A stretch of 62,395 nucleotides of DNA, from the IMG/VR virus record IMGVR_UViG_3300036829_000406, positions 1 to 62,395 of that record; one strand, written 5' to 3'. Shown piece by piece: positions 1-9,029 of this stretch. Made by a program: the position numbers and the translations under genes. Each line of letters begins with the position of its first letter. The first letter of the stretch is position 1. The stretch comes from a virus. Taxonomy: Duplodnaviria > Caudoviricetes. The notes beneath the pieces are model-generated. The model was not told the origin of the DNA. It worked only from the letters and a program-made list of their open reading frames with translations, and searched no databases.

Positions 1-312
1 TCACCTGACCGCACGCAGGTGACCGCGGCCACGCGGCCACGCCGCCCGGTCCTCAGCGACCGCCCGGGCCCGCTCCGCCTCGATCACCGCCTCGCCGACG
101 TCAAGGCACCGCGCCATCGCCGCCAGGTCCTCCAGCGCCCCGACAGCCTGACTGGCCGTGACCGCCAGGGGTGCCCCCGCGTCACCGCCGCCAGCGAGGA
201 ACTCGGCCACCGCCGCCGCGCAGTCCTGCGCGGCGGCCATCATCTGCCGGCGCACATCACCCCACCCGGGTGCTGCGGGGCCGGCTGCGCTTCTTCGCGC
301 GGGTTCGGCCAT
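1..312 (-). CDS. hypothetical protein, downstream of repressor in the leftward operon
   Basis: 103-aa ORF with GGGAGG RBS upstream of the ATG; stop at the window edge. Confidence 0.7.
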   Translation of the reverse strand: MAEPARRSAAGPAAPGWGDVRRQMMAAAQDCAAAVAEFLAGGGDAGAPLAVTASQAVGALEDLAAMARCLDVGEAVIEAERARAVAEDRAAWPRGRGHLRAVR

Positions 313-503
313 CGTTTTTCCCTCCCACAGGACCGGGCCCGCCCAGGGAACACCCAGGCCTTCTCACTCCGCAGCGGGCATCTCACTTTGTGATATTTCC
401 CCTCTGTTTCGTCATATGCGATTCACACGCGGATGCGCAAGCGGTACGGCATAACCAGTACGGACGTCATGGCCACCAGTCACACCCGCACCGCCGCTGA
501 GGG

Positions 504-1079
504 TCACGCGCCGGTTACGCCCGCGCCGGATCCGGTGCTGCGGCCGGTGGCACGGCGCCGCAGGTCCGCGATGAACCACACCCGGTCGCCGACGTCCAGC
601 CGGTCGCCGATGCCATCCCACGCTTTCGCGTCGTCGGTGTCCTCGCCGAACATCTGGGCGCCGGACGGGGTGGTGATGCCGCGGGCGGCCAGGGCGACGC
701 GGCGTTCGTTGATCTCGTCGAAGTAGGGGCGGTCGGAGGCGGCGCGGGCCGGGTCGGCTGTCGGGGGTGCCCATCCGGTGTCCGGGCGGCCCGGGCCGGC
801 GGGGGTCAGGGTGTCCGCGGTGCCGTCCAGGACGGCGATGAGGGATTCGTAGGTGACCTGGTAGGCCTGCGCGATGTCCTGCAGGGTCGGGGTGAGGAAG
901 GTGTTGGGCCGGTAGGCGTTCTCGATGTCGGTGACGAGCCGGATGTTGATGCCGTGGTCGCGGGTGAACGCGGGTCTGCGCCGGTAGCCGAGTTCGCCGC
1001 GGCGGAGCTGGAGGAGGCTGCCGAGCCGCTTCCATGCGGCTTCGGGAGCCCGGACGACGGGTCGCCGGTCTGATGCCAT
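504..1079 (-). CDS. immunity repressor-like XRE helix-turn-helix protein
   Basis: N-terminal 'WKRLGSLLQLRRGELG...INIRLVTDIEN...TLQDIAQAY' XRE-like pattern; divergent from the cro-like gene. Confidence 0.7.
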   Translation of the reverse strand: MASDRRPVVRAPEAAWKRLGSLLQLRRGELGYRRRPAFTRDHGINIRLVTDIENAYRPNTFLTPTLQDIAQAYQVTYESLIAVLDGTADTLTPAGPGRPDTGWAPPTADPARAASDRPYFDEINERRVALAARGITTPSGAQMFGEDTDDAKAWDGIGDRLDVGDRVWFIADLRRRATGRSTGSGAGVTGA

Positions 1080-1262
1080 CGTGTCCCCTTTGTGCCGGGT
1101 TGTGCCCGCCCCGAACCTTACTTTGACCGTTCAAGAGGTTGCCGTCAAGCAACCACATCATACGAGAAGAAGAGGCAGCTTACACCCTCTCTGAGTTGAT
1201 TCGCAGTTGACCGATTCCGCCCTGGACACATCCGCGGCAACAGAATTTTCCTCGCCTGACAG

Positions 1263-1292
1263 TTGACGTCGGCTCCCGATAGCTCCTATTGT
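1263..1292 (+). promoter_or_regulatory. putative sigma70-type promoter for cro (leaderless transcript)
   Basis: TTGACG (1263-1268), 18 bp spacer, TATTGT (1287-1292); ATG 6 nt downstream at 1299 with no SD. Confidence 0.55.
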
Positions 1293-1298
1293 CAGCAC

Positions 1299-1562
1299 AT
1301 GCCTGTCGTAGCAACCGCCAAACCGGACGGCGCGAAAATCCGCGCGCTGATCAAGGAACGCGGCTACACCGTGACCGAATTCGCCCGCAAGATCGGCCGC
1401 GCCCGCCAGTCCATCTGGAACATCGCCGGCTACGAGCTGCCGGTCAGCATCACCTTCCTGCGCCAGATCGCCCGCGAGCTCGGCGTGAAGGTCAGCGAAA
1501 TCAGCGACTGGACCGGCGACGGCGACATGGAGAGTGACGCGGAGATGAAGGTCCCCGCCTGA
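1299..1562 (+). CDS. Cro-like HTH transcriptional regulator
   Basis: 'KIRALIKERGYTVTEFARKIGRARQSIWNI...FLRQIARELGV' is a classic XRE/Cro HTH. Confidence 0.85.
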   Translation: MPVVATAKPDGAKIRALIKERGYTVTEFARKIGRARQSIWNIAGYELPVSITFLRQIARELGVKVSEISDWTGDGDMESDAEMKVPA

Positions 1563-1569
1563 GAACACG

Positions 1570-1602
1570 AAAAAAGGCCCGGCCGCCGCAAACGACCGGG
1601 CC
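1570..1602 (-). terminator. intrinsic terminator-like hairpin
   Basis: GGCCCGG...CCGGGCC stem; A6 on the + strand gives a U-tract on the minus strand. Confidence 0.55.
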
Positions 1603-1657
1603 AACGAGCGGGATAACCGCTCAAAGAGTACCAAAAGACACGAAGGGATAACCAGAA

Positions 1658-2074
1658 GTGACACCTGACCAGCGCACCGCCTGGCTCAGCGAGACCCGCA
1701 CGATCCTCGACACCATCGAGGCGCACCCCGAACTGCCGCTGCCGTACATCAGCGGCGACGGCGCCCGCTTCTACCTGATCAGCCTGTGGGGGCCCGCCGC
1801 GCGCCGTGCCATCACCGCGGTGGAAGAAGCCCTCACCGGCAGCCTCGGCCTCACCTTCACCGGCGCCACCGAGGGCGCCGGCACCATGGCCGATTACTAC
1901 TACGTCCTGACCGCCGTCATGCCCGGCGGCCTGCCAGTCGAGATCAAGGCCGTGGCGAACGAAGTCGCCGAGCAGAAGGTCACCGGGCAGACGGTCACCG
2001 AAGTCACCGAATGGGTCCGCCGGCCAGCCGAGCCCCCGGACACGCCCCAGGACAGCACCGGAGGCGCGCCGTGA
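1658..2074 (+). CDS. hypothetical protein
   Basis: 138-aa ORF, high GC3, GTGA overlap with the next gene. Confidence 0.7.
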   Translation: MTPDQRTAWLSETRTILDTIEAHPELPLPYISGDGARFYLISLWGPAARRAITAVEEALTGSLGLTFTGATEGAGTMADYYYVLTAVMPGGLPVEIKAVANEVAEQKVTGQTVTEVTEWVRRPAEPPDTPQDSTGGAP

Positions 2075-2664
2075 CATTCCACCTGCCCCACTGGAACCGC
2101 CGGCAGCAGCCCACGTTCCGCGGCGACTTCCCCGACAGCAGCCGCGACATCACCGAAGCCATGCAGCGCGCCGACTGGGACGGCCAGACGTACGACGAGC
2201 CGCCAGCACCATGGCGGCCACCCGGCGGAAGGTTCGCCGGCCCCCGCACCTGGCGCGACGCATCCGGCGCGGCCACACCAGCCGGTGTCACCCCGATCGC
2301 GATCAAGCACGCCGGCATGGACACTGAGCCGCTCGCCCGGCTCCGCGCCCAGCCCCGCTACACGCCACCCGTCCCGCCAGCCGAACCGCCGGCGGCGGTC
2401 CTCACCGGACGGCAGGCCCCCTGGGTCATGACCGTCGAACGGCCACGCCCCGGAGGCCCCGGGCCCACACCCGAAGCCCTGGAAGTCGTCGCCTACCTGC
2501 GCGCCAGGGTCGCCATCCTGACCAGCCGCGGCCACCTCGACCGCATCTCCCAGGAAAAACTCGCCATGCTGCCCGCCGACCGGATCAGGAACCGGCGCAC
2601 CACCGCCAGGCTCATCGTCGACGAGGCCGCGGAACTGCTGCGATGCGGAGGCAACCCGCAATGA
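2071..2664 (+). CDS. hypothetical protein
   Basis: GTG start with GGAGG RBS, overlapping the previous stop. Confidence 0.6.
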   Translation: MTFHLPHWNRRQQPTFRGDFPDSSRDITEAMQRADWDGQTYDEPPAPWRPPGGRFAGPRTWRDASGAATPAGVTPIAIKHAGMDTEPLARLRAQPRYTPPVPPAEPPAAVLTGRQAPWVMTVERPRPGGPGPTPEALEVVAYLRARVAILTSRGHLDRISQEKLAMLPADRIRNRRTTARLIVDEAAELLRCGGNPQ

Positions 2665-2957
2665 CCCTGATCAGCGTCACGGCTGAGCACATCGCCAGAG
2701 GCGAACCTGACTCGTGCCGGTTCTGCCCCGTCGCACTCGCGATAAATGGAGCCTTCCCTGATGCCGGGCTGATCGCTGTAGACGGCGACCACGTCGCCTT
2801 GTGCGATGGCCCGTCGCTGAGCAACAACTGGATCGAACTAGACATGCCGGATCCCGCGAGACGCTTCATCGAGGCCTTCGACCAGGGCGGCCACGTTGAG
2901 CCGTTCACGTTCGAGCTGGACTACCAAAGGCGGCGACATCATGACCGCCGCAGATGA
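2661..2957 (+). CDS. hypothetical protein (CxxCPVALA family, paralog 1)
   Basis: ATGA overlap; similar to 3174-3443. Confidence 0.65.
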   Translation: MTLISVTAEHIARGEPDSCRFCPVALAINGAFPDAGLIAVDGDHVALCDGPSLSNNWIELDMPDPARRFIEAFDQGGHVEPFTFELDYQRRRHHDRRR

Positions 2958-3177
2958 GGCCGCGATGGTGCTGGCCCGGGACGAGGCAGCTGTCACGCTC
3001 GCCCGCGAATCAGCCGCACAGGTCGGCGAGGTCGGCGCGATGGTCGGCGCCACCGCCGAATGGGCCGACGACCAGCTCGCCGGAGGCGCACCAGCCAAAT
3101 GGGTCGCCGCGCAGATGATCGCCGCAGCCCGGATGATCGCCGCAGCCGCCCGCGGAGAAGCGGTGACGGCCCCGTGA
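2941..3177 (+). CDS. hypothetical protein
   Basis: Ala-rich ORF filling the gap between the paralogs, translationally coupled. Confidence 0.55.
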   Translation: MTAADEAAMVLARDEAAVTLARESAAQVGEVGAMVGATAEWADDQLAGGAPAKWVAAQMIAAARMIAAAARGEAVTAP

Positions 3178-3443
3178 CCACCATCATCGTTGCGCAGCGG
3201 CACCTCACCCAGGGCATCCCCGGTAACCCCTGCACCTGCCCGGTGGCCCTCGCCGTCATCGACGCCTACCCCCACGCCTGGGACGTGACCATCGGCGACC
3301 AGTACATCTCCATGCATCACCAGGCGCTGTTCAGACTCCTGACCATCCCCGCGGGCGTCCGCGCCCTGGTCACTGCCATCGACCGCGGAGAGTTCGTCAA
3401 GCCCTTCTCGTTCGAGCTGGACTATCCGGCGGTGACGCCATGA
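3174..3443 (+). CDS. hypothetical protein (CxCPVALA family, paralog 2)
   Basis: shares CPVALA and C-terminal PFxFELDY with 2661-2957. Confidence 0.65.
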   Translation: MTTIIVAQRHLTQGIPGNPCTCPVALAVIDAYPHAWDVTIGDQYISMHHQALFRLLTIPAGVRALVTAIDRGEFVKPFSFELDYPAVTP

Positions 3444-3715
3444 GCCTGTCCGAGCTCCTGCCGTCCGGGCCGGCCCCGCGGCCCGCGCTGCCGATCCGGG
3501 ACCTCATCCTCGGTGCGCTCGCCGAAGCCGTCATCACCCGCCGCACCGAAGCCGGATTCTGTGGCGACTGCCGCAAGGCTGCTGACGGGCTCTGCGGCGA
3601 CCACCGGGACGACTCGGCCGTCGCCGACGACTACGAGGCCGTCTACAAGCTCGTCACGGTCTGCTCCAGCGACCGGGCCCTGCTCGTCCTCGCCGACACC
3701 GGCAGACCACTGTGA
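3440..3715 (+). CDS. hypothetical Zn-binding protein
   Basis: CGDC...CGDH; coupled overlaps on both sides. Confidence 0.65.
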   Translation: MSLSELLPSGPAPRPALPIRDLILGALAEAVITRRTEAGFCGDCRKAADGLCGDHRDDSAVADDYEAVYKLVTVCSSDRALLVLADTGRPL

Positions 3716-4590
3716 CCGCCGCCACGGAGGCCGCCCCCGCAACGATCGTGGTCGACGAACCCGGCGTCTACGACGGCGTGCCCGAGGGCGTCTATCACGG
3801 CGACCCGGTACCGGAAGGGTCCCTGTCGGCGTCCGGCGCGAAGCTGCTTCTGCCGCCATCCTGCCCGGCCCTGTACCGCTACCGGCGCGACCACCCGAAA
3901 GTGTCCGCCGAATTCGACTACGGGACCGCCGCACACAAGCTGGTCCTCGGCACCGGCCCGCAGATCATCCTCATCGACGCCCCGGACTGGCGGACGAAAG
4001 CGGCGCAGGACGCCCGCAAGGCTGCCCGCGCCCAGGGCCACGTGGCCCTGCTGGTCCCCGAGTTCGGCGAGGTGCAGGCGATGGCCGCGGCCATCCGCAA
4101 GCACCCGATCGCCAGCGCCCTGTTCGACCCCGACCGCGGCAAGCCGGAGCAGTCCCTGTTCTGGCGCGACCCGGGCCCCGGGATCTGGCGGCGTGCACGG
4201 CTGGACTGGCTGCCCGAAACCCGGGCCCGCAGGCGGATGGTCATTCCCGACTACAAGACCACCGTCAGCGCCGCCCCGGCCAGCATCCGCAAGCACGTCG
4301 CCGACTTCGGCTACCACATGCAAGCCGCCCAGTACATCGACGGCAGCCGCGCCCTCGGCCTCGACGAGGACCCCGCGTTCCTGTTCGTCTTCCAGGAGAA
4401 AACACCGCCATACCTGGTCACCGTCGCCGAGCTGGACGACGAGGCCGAGACGGCCGGCCGGGCCCGCAACCAGCTCGCCATGGAGATCTGGCGCGACTGC
4501 ACCCAGGCCGGCGTCTGGCCCGGCTACTCCCAAGACATCGAACTCATATCGCTGCCCCCGTGGGCGCGCCGCACAGAGGAACTCCTTTGA
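3712..4590 (+). CDS. RecE/exonuclease VIII-like PD-(D/E)XK exonuclease
   Basis: 'YHGDP..LSASGAK', 'GTAAH', 'EQSLFW...RARLDW...DYKT', 'YHMQAAQY' motifs; upstream of a RecT/Bet-like gene. Confidence 0.85.
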   Translation: MTAATEAAPATIVVDEPGVYDGVPEGVYHGDPVPEGSLSASGAKLLLPPSCPALYRYRRDHPKVSAEFDYGTAAHKLVLGTGPQIILIDAPDWRTKAAQDARKAARAQGHVALLVPEFGEVQAMAAAIRKHPIASALFDPDRGKPEQSLFWRDPGPGIWRRARLDWLPETRARRRMVIPDYKTTVSAAPASIRKHVADFGYHMQAAQYIDGSRALGLDEDPAFLFVFQEKTPPYLVTVAELDDEAETAGRARNQLAMEIWRDCTQAGVWPGYSQDIELISLPPWARRTEELL

Positions 4591-5657
4591 CCAGCACCAC
4601 GCTCGACACGCACTCACCCGCCGCCCTGGCCATCCGCCCCGGCCAGCAGATGTGGAACGAAAAGCAGCAGGCCGCCCTGGCCGTCCTCGGCATCAAAGGC
4701 GCATCCAACGCCGACCTGGCCGTCTTCATGCACGTCTGCCAGAACACCGGCCTCGACCCGTTCACCCGCCAGATCCACGGCATCATGCGCCGCGAGAAGG
4801 TCACCGAATACAGCAACGGCCAGAAGACCGAAACGTGGGTCGACAAGTTCACCATCCAGGTCGGCATCGACGGGTTCCGCGTCATCCGCGACCGCATCGC
4901 CGACCGCAAAGGCCTCCGCGTCGAGTACGAGGACACCGTCTGGTACGACGCCGACGGCAACGGCCGCGACGTCTGGCTGTGGGACGAGCCACCCGCCGCC
5001 TGCCGCGTCGTCGTGCTCGTCGACGGCCGCCGCTTCCCCTCCGTCCTGAAGTTCACCGAATACTGCCAGTACAGCAAGGACGGCAAAAACCCCGTCGCCC
5101 AGTGGGCGTCCAAGCCCGCGCACATGATCGAGAAATGCGCGGAGGCCAACGGGCTCCGCCGGGCGTTCCCCAACGACATGGCCGGGATCCGCCTCGAGGA
5201 CGAGATGCCACCCCCCGAGGTGAACAGCAACGGCGACGGCAACGGCAGCGCGCGGCCCCGCGGCCGCGTCACCGTCGCCGAGGTCATCGACCGGCGCACC
5301 GAGGACTCTTCCGGCCCGGCACCCTCGGGTCAGCCTGCCGGACAGGAGCCGGCGGCCGGACCGGAAGAGGCACCCGAAGGGCAGCCAGGATCAGCCAGCC
5401 ACGACCAGCTCACCCGGCTGCACACCATCCTGACCCGTCTCGGGTTCAACGGCGAGGACCGCGAGCAGAAACTCGTCATCGCCGAGGTCATCACCGGCCG
5501 CTCCCCGCTCACCGGACCCGCACCGGGCCGGTCCAGCAAGAACCTGTCCTTCACCGAAGCCCGCAAGCTCATCGACACCCTCGACGGATTCGGGGACCGC
5601 GACGCCCTCATCGCATTCATGGCCGAACGCCAGCAGGCGGGTGACGGGGATGCCTGA
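4587..5657 (+). CDS. RecT/Bet-like single-strand annealing recombinase
   Basis: 'FMHVCQNTGLDPFTRQI', 'IQVGIDGFR', 'W..KPAHMIEKCAEANGLRRAFP' are Bet-family motifs; TTG start overlaps the recE stop. Confidence 0.85.
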   Translation: MTSTTLDTHSPAALAIRPGQQMWNEKQQAALAVLGIKGASNADLAVFMHVCQNTGLDPFTRQIHGIMRREKVTEYSNGQKTETWVDKFTIQVGIDGFRVIRDRIADRKGLRVEYEDTVWYDADGNGRDVWLWDEPPAACRVVVLVDGRRFPSVLKFTEYCQYSKDGKNPVAQWASKPAHMIEKCAEANGLRRAFPNDMAGIRLEDEMPPPEVNSNGDGNGSARPRGRVTVAEVIDRRTEDSSGPAPSGQPAGQEPAAGPEEAPEGQPGSASHDQLTRLHTILTRLGFNGEDREQKLVIAEVITGRSPLTGPAPGRSSKNLSFTEARKLIDTLDGFGDRDALIAFMAERQQAGDGDA

Positions 5658-6144
5658 ATCACACAGCAAGGGTGAGCAGCGGCACTACCGGACCGCCTCG
5701 GTCACCACCGACGACCGGTCCCTGCTGACCAGGGTCAGCGCCGGCCGGCCGTTCAAGCCGTACGTCTACAACGGCGGCGACCTGGAACCCGCCGCCGTGA
5801 CCGCGGCCCGCGAACGGCACCGGGCGCTGACCGCCGAGATGGAACGCGCCCGGGACGAGGCCGCCCAGCGGCAGCGCGAACGCAGCGAGGCCCTCACCGC
5901 CGAACGCGACGGCACCTTCGCTGTCGGGCCCGGCACCGGATGGTGGGATGCCCCGGACCGGGACGAGCTCGCCGAGCTGACCGCCGAACGCGACCGCTAC
6001 CACGCCGCCATGGCCGCTGCAGTGCCCGGGCCGCGCGCACCCGGCCCGGCACCCGCACCCCCCCCCGTTACGGCGGCCAGCCGCTGCGGCGGGTGCGGCT
6101 ACCTGACCACCGCGGCCGGGCACCGGGTGATGTGCGATGACTGA
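5650..6144 (+). CDS. hypothetical protein with C-terminal CxxC...H...C
   Basis: ORF in the coupled early operon. Confidence 0.6.
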   Translation: MPESHSKGEQRHYRTASVTTDDRSLLTRVSAGRPFKPYVYNGGDLEPAAVTAARERHRALTAEMERARDEAAQRQRERSEALTAERDGTFAVGPGTGWWDAPDRDELAELTAERDRYHAAMAAAVPGPRAPGPAPAPPPVTAASRCGGCGYLTTAAGHRVMCDD

Positions 6145-6481
6145 CGGCCTCCATCCGCTCCACCAGGCATACGCCAGCGCGCTCGACGCCGGAGGACCCG
6201 CCATCATCCCCGTCGGCCGCACGGTCCTCTGCGATATCGACGACACCGACCTGACCGGCGACCCCCGCAGCGGCGGTTACCTCTTCGGCTCCTACGCCGT
6301 CGGCCCGTGCTGCGCCGAGAGACACGAGGCGCGCGTCCGGGGCTACGGCGAGGAATGGAACATCCGCGCCCGCTGCCCAGGAAGCGTCTCCTTCGCCGAC
6401 TGGATTCGCGGCCTGCGCGGGCCGGACGCCGCCATCACCATCACACCTGGATCGCCTGGGGCGGTGAGCCGCGATGAATGA
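6137..6481 (+). CDS. hypothetical protein
   Basis: coupled ORF, high GC3. Confidence 0.65.
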   Translation: MTDGLHPLHQAYASALDAGGPAIIPVGRTVLCDIDDTDLTGDPRSGGYLFGSYAVGPCCAERHEARVRGYGEEWNIRARCPGSVSFADWIRGLRGPDAAITITPGSPGAVSRDE

Positions 6482-6731
6482 TCCGCACGTCCGCGAGATC
6501 GGCCGGCTGACCGACAGCCAGGGCCGCACCGTCATCATCGGCGTGAACGACGACGCGGTGACCCTGCGGACACTGCATACCCGCACCAGCGGCGCAGTCG
6601 AGCTCGGCATGATGCAGCAGGAGGAGCTCGGCCAGCTGCTCATCACCGCCGCCTCGCAGGCCGGATGGCGGCGCGGCCAGATGGACGCGGACGCCGCCCA
6701 GTTCGCCCGGGGCCCGGCGGACGCACCATGA
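6474..6731 (+). CDS. hypothetical protein
   Basis: coupled ORF. Confidence 0.65.
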   Translation: MNDPHVREIGRLTDSQGRTVIIGVNDDAVTLRTLHTRTSGAVELGMMQQEELGQLLITAASQAGWRRGQMDADAAQFARGPADAP

Positions 6732-7066
6732 TCCTCGCCTGCACCGCCATGACCCTCGTGGCCCTCGGCTGCGGCGCCTACGCCGCCGCCGTCCTGGCCG
6801 GCCGGGAACGGCTCGCCCGCCTGGGCGGAGCCGCCACCATCCGGATCCTCATCACCGTCAGCCTCCTGCTCATCGCCGCCGTCCTGATCGGCCGCACCGC
6901 CCGCCACCCGTTCCGCCACGCCGACTACCTCGCCACCCGGATCTTCCGCCGGATCCCCGGCAGACCGGACGACGGTGACCCGCTCACCCGCGAGGAGACG
7001 GCCACCTTCATCAGCATCTGCCGCGGCTGGAAACTCGCCACGCCCGAAAGGACCCGACACACATGA
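6728..7066 (+). CDS. putative membrane protein
   Basis: two hydrophobic segments; ATGA overlaps. Confidence 0.6.
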   Translation: MILACTAMTLVALGCGAYAAAVLAGRERLARLGGAATIRILITVSLLLIAAVLIGRTARHPFRHADYLATRIFRRIPGRPDDGDPLTREETATFISICRGWKLATPERTRHT

Positions 7067-7803
7067 CCACCGACCTCGCCGCCATCACCCTCGCCAAAGG
7101 CGGCCACGGCGAACCCTCAGCCGACTGCGGCAACCCGCAACGCTGCCTGTTCGAGTGGTACAACTGGCTCACCCGCGCCGAGCACACCGACAGCCGGCCG
7201 CCCGGCGTCTCACGGGTCCTGCACACGTTCGGGATGCGGCTCAATGACGTCCTGCCCGATGGCCGCCGCCAGGAGCTGAAGCGCTTCCTGCCGAACGGCA
7301 GCGACCGGCTCGCGGGAACCGCGGACGACGGCAAGGACGAGACCCGCGGCTACATCGCACTTGACTGGCTCATCCGCACCTGGACGCCCGCGTGGCTCGA
7401 CCTGGGCGGCCTGCCCGCCGAAGCGACCGCGCTCCGGGACCTCCGCCGCATCGCTGATCTCGTCGCGGCCCAGACTGCCGGTCCCGTCGTCCGCGAGGCC
7501 GACTCTAAGGCGGCCGCAGCCAGGGACGCAGCCAGGGACGCAGCCAGGGACGCAGCCAGGGCCGCAGCCAGGGCCGCAGCCTGGGCCGCAGCCTGGGACG
7601 CAGCCTGGGCCGCAGCCAGGGCCGCAGCCAGGGACGCAGCCAGGGACGCAGCCAGGGACGCAGCCAGGGACGCAGCCAGGGACGCAGCCAGGGACGCAGC
7701 CAGGGCCGCAGCCAGGGACAAGCTCGCACCGACTGCAGCTGAGCTGCAGACGTCCGCGATCGCACTCTACGACGTTCTCATCACCGGTGAGTGGCCATCG
7801 TGA
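7063..7803 (+). CDS. hypothetical protein with AA(R/W)(D/A) tetrapeptide repeats
   Basis: 246-aa ORF containing 17 tetrapeptide units. Confidence 0.8.
   Translation: MTTDLAAITLAKGGHGEPSADCGNPQRCLFEWYNWLTRAEHTDSRPPGVSRVLHTFGMRLNDVLPDGRRQELKRFLPNGSDRLAGTADDGKDETRGYIALDWLIRTWTPAWLDLGGLPAEATALRDLRRIADLVAAQTAGPVVREADSKAAAARDAARDAARDAARAAARAAAWAAAWDAAWAAARAAARDAARDAARDAARDAARDAARDAARAAARDKLAPTAAELQTSAIALYDVLITGEWPS
7516..7719 (+). repeat. 12-bp tandem repeat x17, GCAGCC(A/T)GGG(A/C)C
   Basis: directly visible; in frame within 7063-7803. Confidence 0.95.
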
Positions 7804-7997
7804 AACGCCGCAGCAAGCCCGGCACCGGAGAACGTGAACGCGCCGCCTGGATCACCCTGGCCGACCTCGCCCTCCGCGCCACAGACGGCGACAGGGACCG
7901 GGCGAAGGAGATGCTGCGGCCCGCACTGCAGGCCATCGGCGCGGTCCCGTACGAGCAGGCACGGCAGCACAAATACCGGTACGGCGCGGCCGGATGA
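7800..7997 (+). CDS. hypothetical protein
   Basis: GTGA-coupled small ORF. Confidence 0.6.
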   Translation: MKRRSKPGTGERERAAWITLADLALRATDGDRDRAKEMLRPALQAIGAVPYEQARQHKYRYGAAG

Positions 7998-8099
7998 CGC
8001 GCCCTGGCGAACGTCCGGCCGGGGCCAGGGCTGACATCAGCGCAGCCCCGGCCGGGTTCCAGAGTTCAGACATGCCGGCAAGCTGAGGAGACGGGACCG

Positions 8100-8579
8100 T
8101 TGAGCGTGGGCTACAGGCTCTACCGCCAGATCCGCGACCTCGCGCCGCAGAACTGGACGAGCGGGGAACTGGTCGTCGCGTTCATCATCGCCGACTCGGC
8201 CAATGACGGCACCCGCCGTTCATATCTCGACAATCCCGAGCTATGCAGGCGGGCGAGAATGAGCGGCAACGGCGTCAGGAAAGCACTCCAGCGGCTCGCG
8301 GAAAGAGGATTCGAATTCCGCGTCGGCCAGGGCAAGGATAAGAACGGGAAGGAGCTTTACGCCGTTTCGGGAAAGCCCGTCGAATACCAGGTTCCTGACA
8401 TTTTCATGCTCCTGGAAAGAGGCGCGGCGGTCGCTTACGGGCTTGTGGATAACCCTGCCGCAGCCGGTACCACAGTACCGGCTGACGGGAGGTTATCCAC
8501 AGAAACCAGCCGGTACCACAGTACCGGCCAGCCGGTACCACAGTACCGGCTCAGGCGAAGTCATGCTTCTTTCTCTTGA
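8100..8579 (+). CDS. putative replication initiator (N-terminal winged HTH)
   Basis: 'ELVVAFIIADSAND...ELCRRARMSGNGVRKALQRLAERG' resembles the HTH of phage replisome organisers; internal iterons and DnaA boxes. Confidence 0.65.
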   Translation: MSVGYRLYRQIRDLAPQNWTSGELVVAFIIADSANDGTRRSYLDNPELCRRARMSGNGVRKALQRLAERGFEFRVGQGKDKNGKELYAVSGKPVEYQVPDIFMLLERGAAVAYGLVDNPAAAGTTVPADGRLSTETSRYHSTGQPVPQYRLRRSHASFS

Positions 8580-8680
8580 ACTTAAGACCTACTAAACCAC
8601 CTAACCACCTGACGAAGCTTGATGGCCACACACCTACAGCTGGAAGGAGCGCACGCGATGGACACGGAACCTGTGGAAAA
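8444..8680. promoter_or_regulatory. putative replication origin: DnaA boxes plus three 22-bp palindromic iterons
   Basis: TGTGGATAA 8444-8452, TTATCCACA 8493-8501, TGTGGAAAA 8672-8680; CAGCCGGTACCACAGTACCGGC at 8461, 8507 and 8529; AT-richer tract 8560-8610. Confidence 0.75.
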
Positions 8681-9005
8681 CCCAGATGGCGATTATGAGG
8701 GCTGGGTAATTCTTGAGCTGATGGGCCATCGCAGGCTCACCGGCTATCTGTCGGAGCAGGAAATAGCCGGACGCGCATTCCTGCGGATCGACATCCCAAC
8801 ACAACCGCCCTGTACACAATTCTACGGGGCGGAAGCCGTTTACTGCATTACTCCCACAACCGAGGAAATGGCACGTAATGCAGCGGCGCTGAATCGCGTC
8901 GCGCCCATCCAGCGCTGGGAGCTGCCGCCAGCGCCGCCAGCGACCAGGCCCGGCGATGACGACTACGTCGACGCCGACATCGTCGGCGAGCGCTCGCCGT
9001 TCTAG
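8658..9005 (+). CDS. conserved phage hypothetical protein
   Basis: GGAAGGAG RBS; 'WVILELMGHRRLTG' motif recalled from phage proteins. Confidence 0.75.
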   Translation: MDTEPVENPDGDYEGWVILELMGHRRLTGYLSEQEIAGRAFLRIDIPTQPPCTQFYGAEAVYCITPTTEEMARNAAALNRVAPIQRWELPPAPPATRPGDDDYVDADIVGERSPF

Positions 9006-9029
9006 CCCCAGCCAGCGATGAGGTGCGCG

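Noticed and set aside
3513-4586. N-terminal extension making a 714-aa RecT
   Set aside because: Overlaps the recE gene in another frame; the real start is likely the TTG at 4587
7516-7719. CRISPR array or DGR variable region (variation falls at adenines)
   Set aside because: Contiguous 12-bp units with no spacers; no cas or reverse transcriptase gene recognisable in the window
7350-7837. Alternative-frame repeat proteins (PGTQ, LAAS, PWLR)
   Set aside because: By-products of the stop-free 12-bp repeat; only the 7063-7803 frame is coupled to its neighbours
8461-8550. Mini-CRISPR of palindromic 22-bp repeats
   Set aside because: Two copies abut with no spacer, and the only 'spacer' holds a DnaA box; iterons fit better
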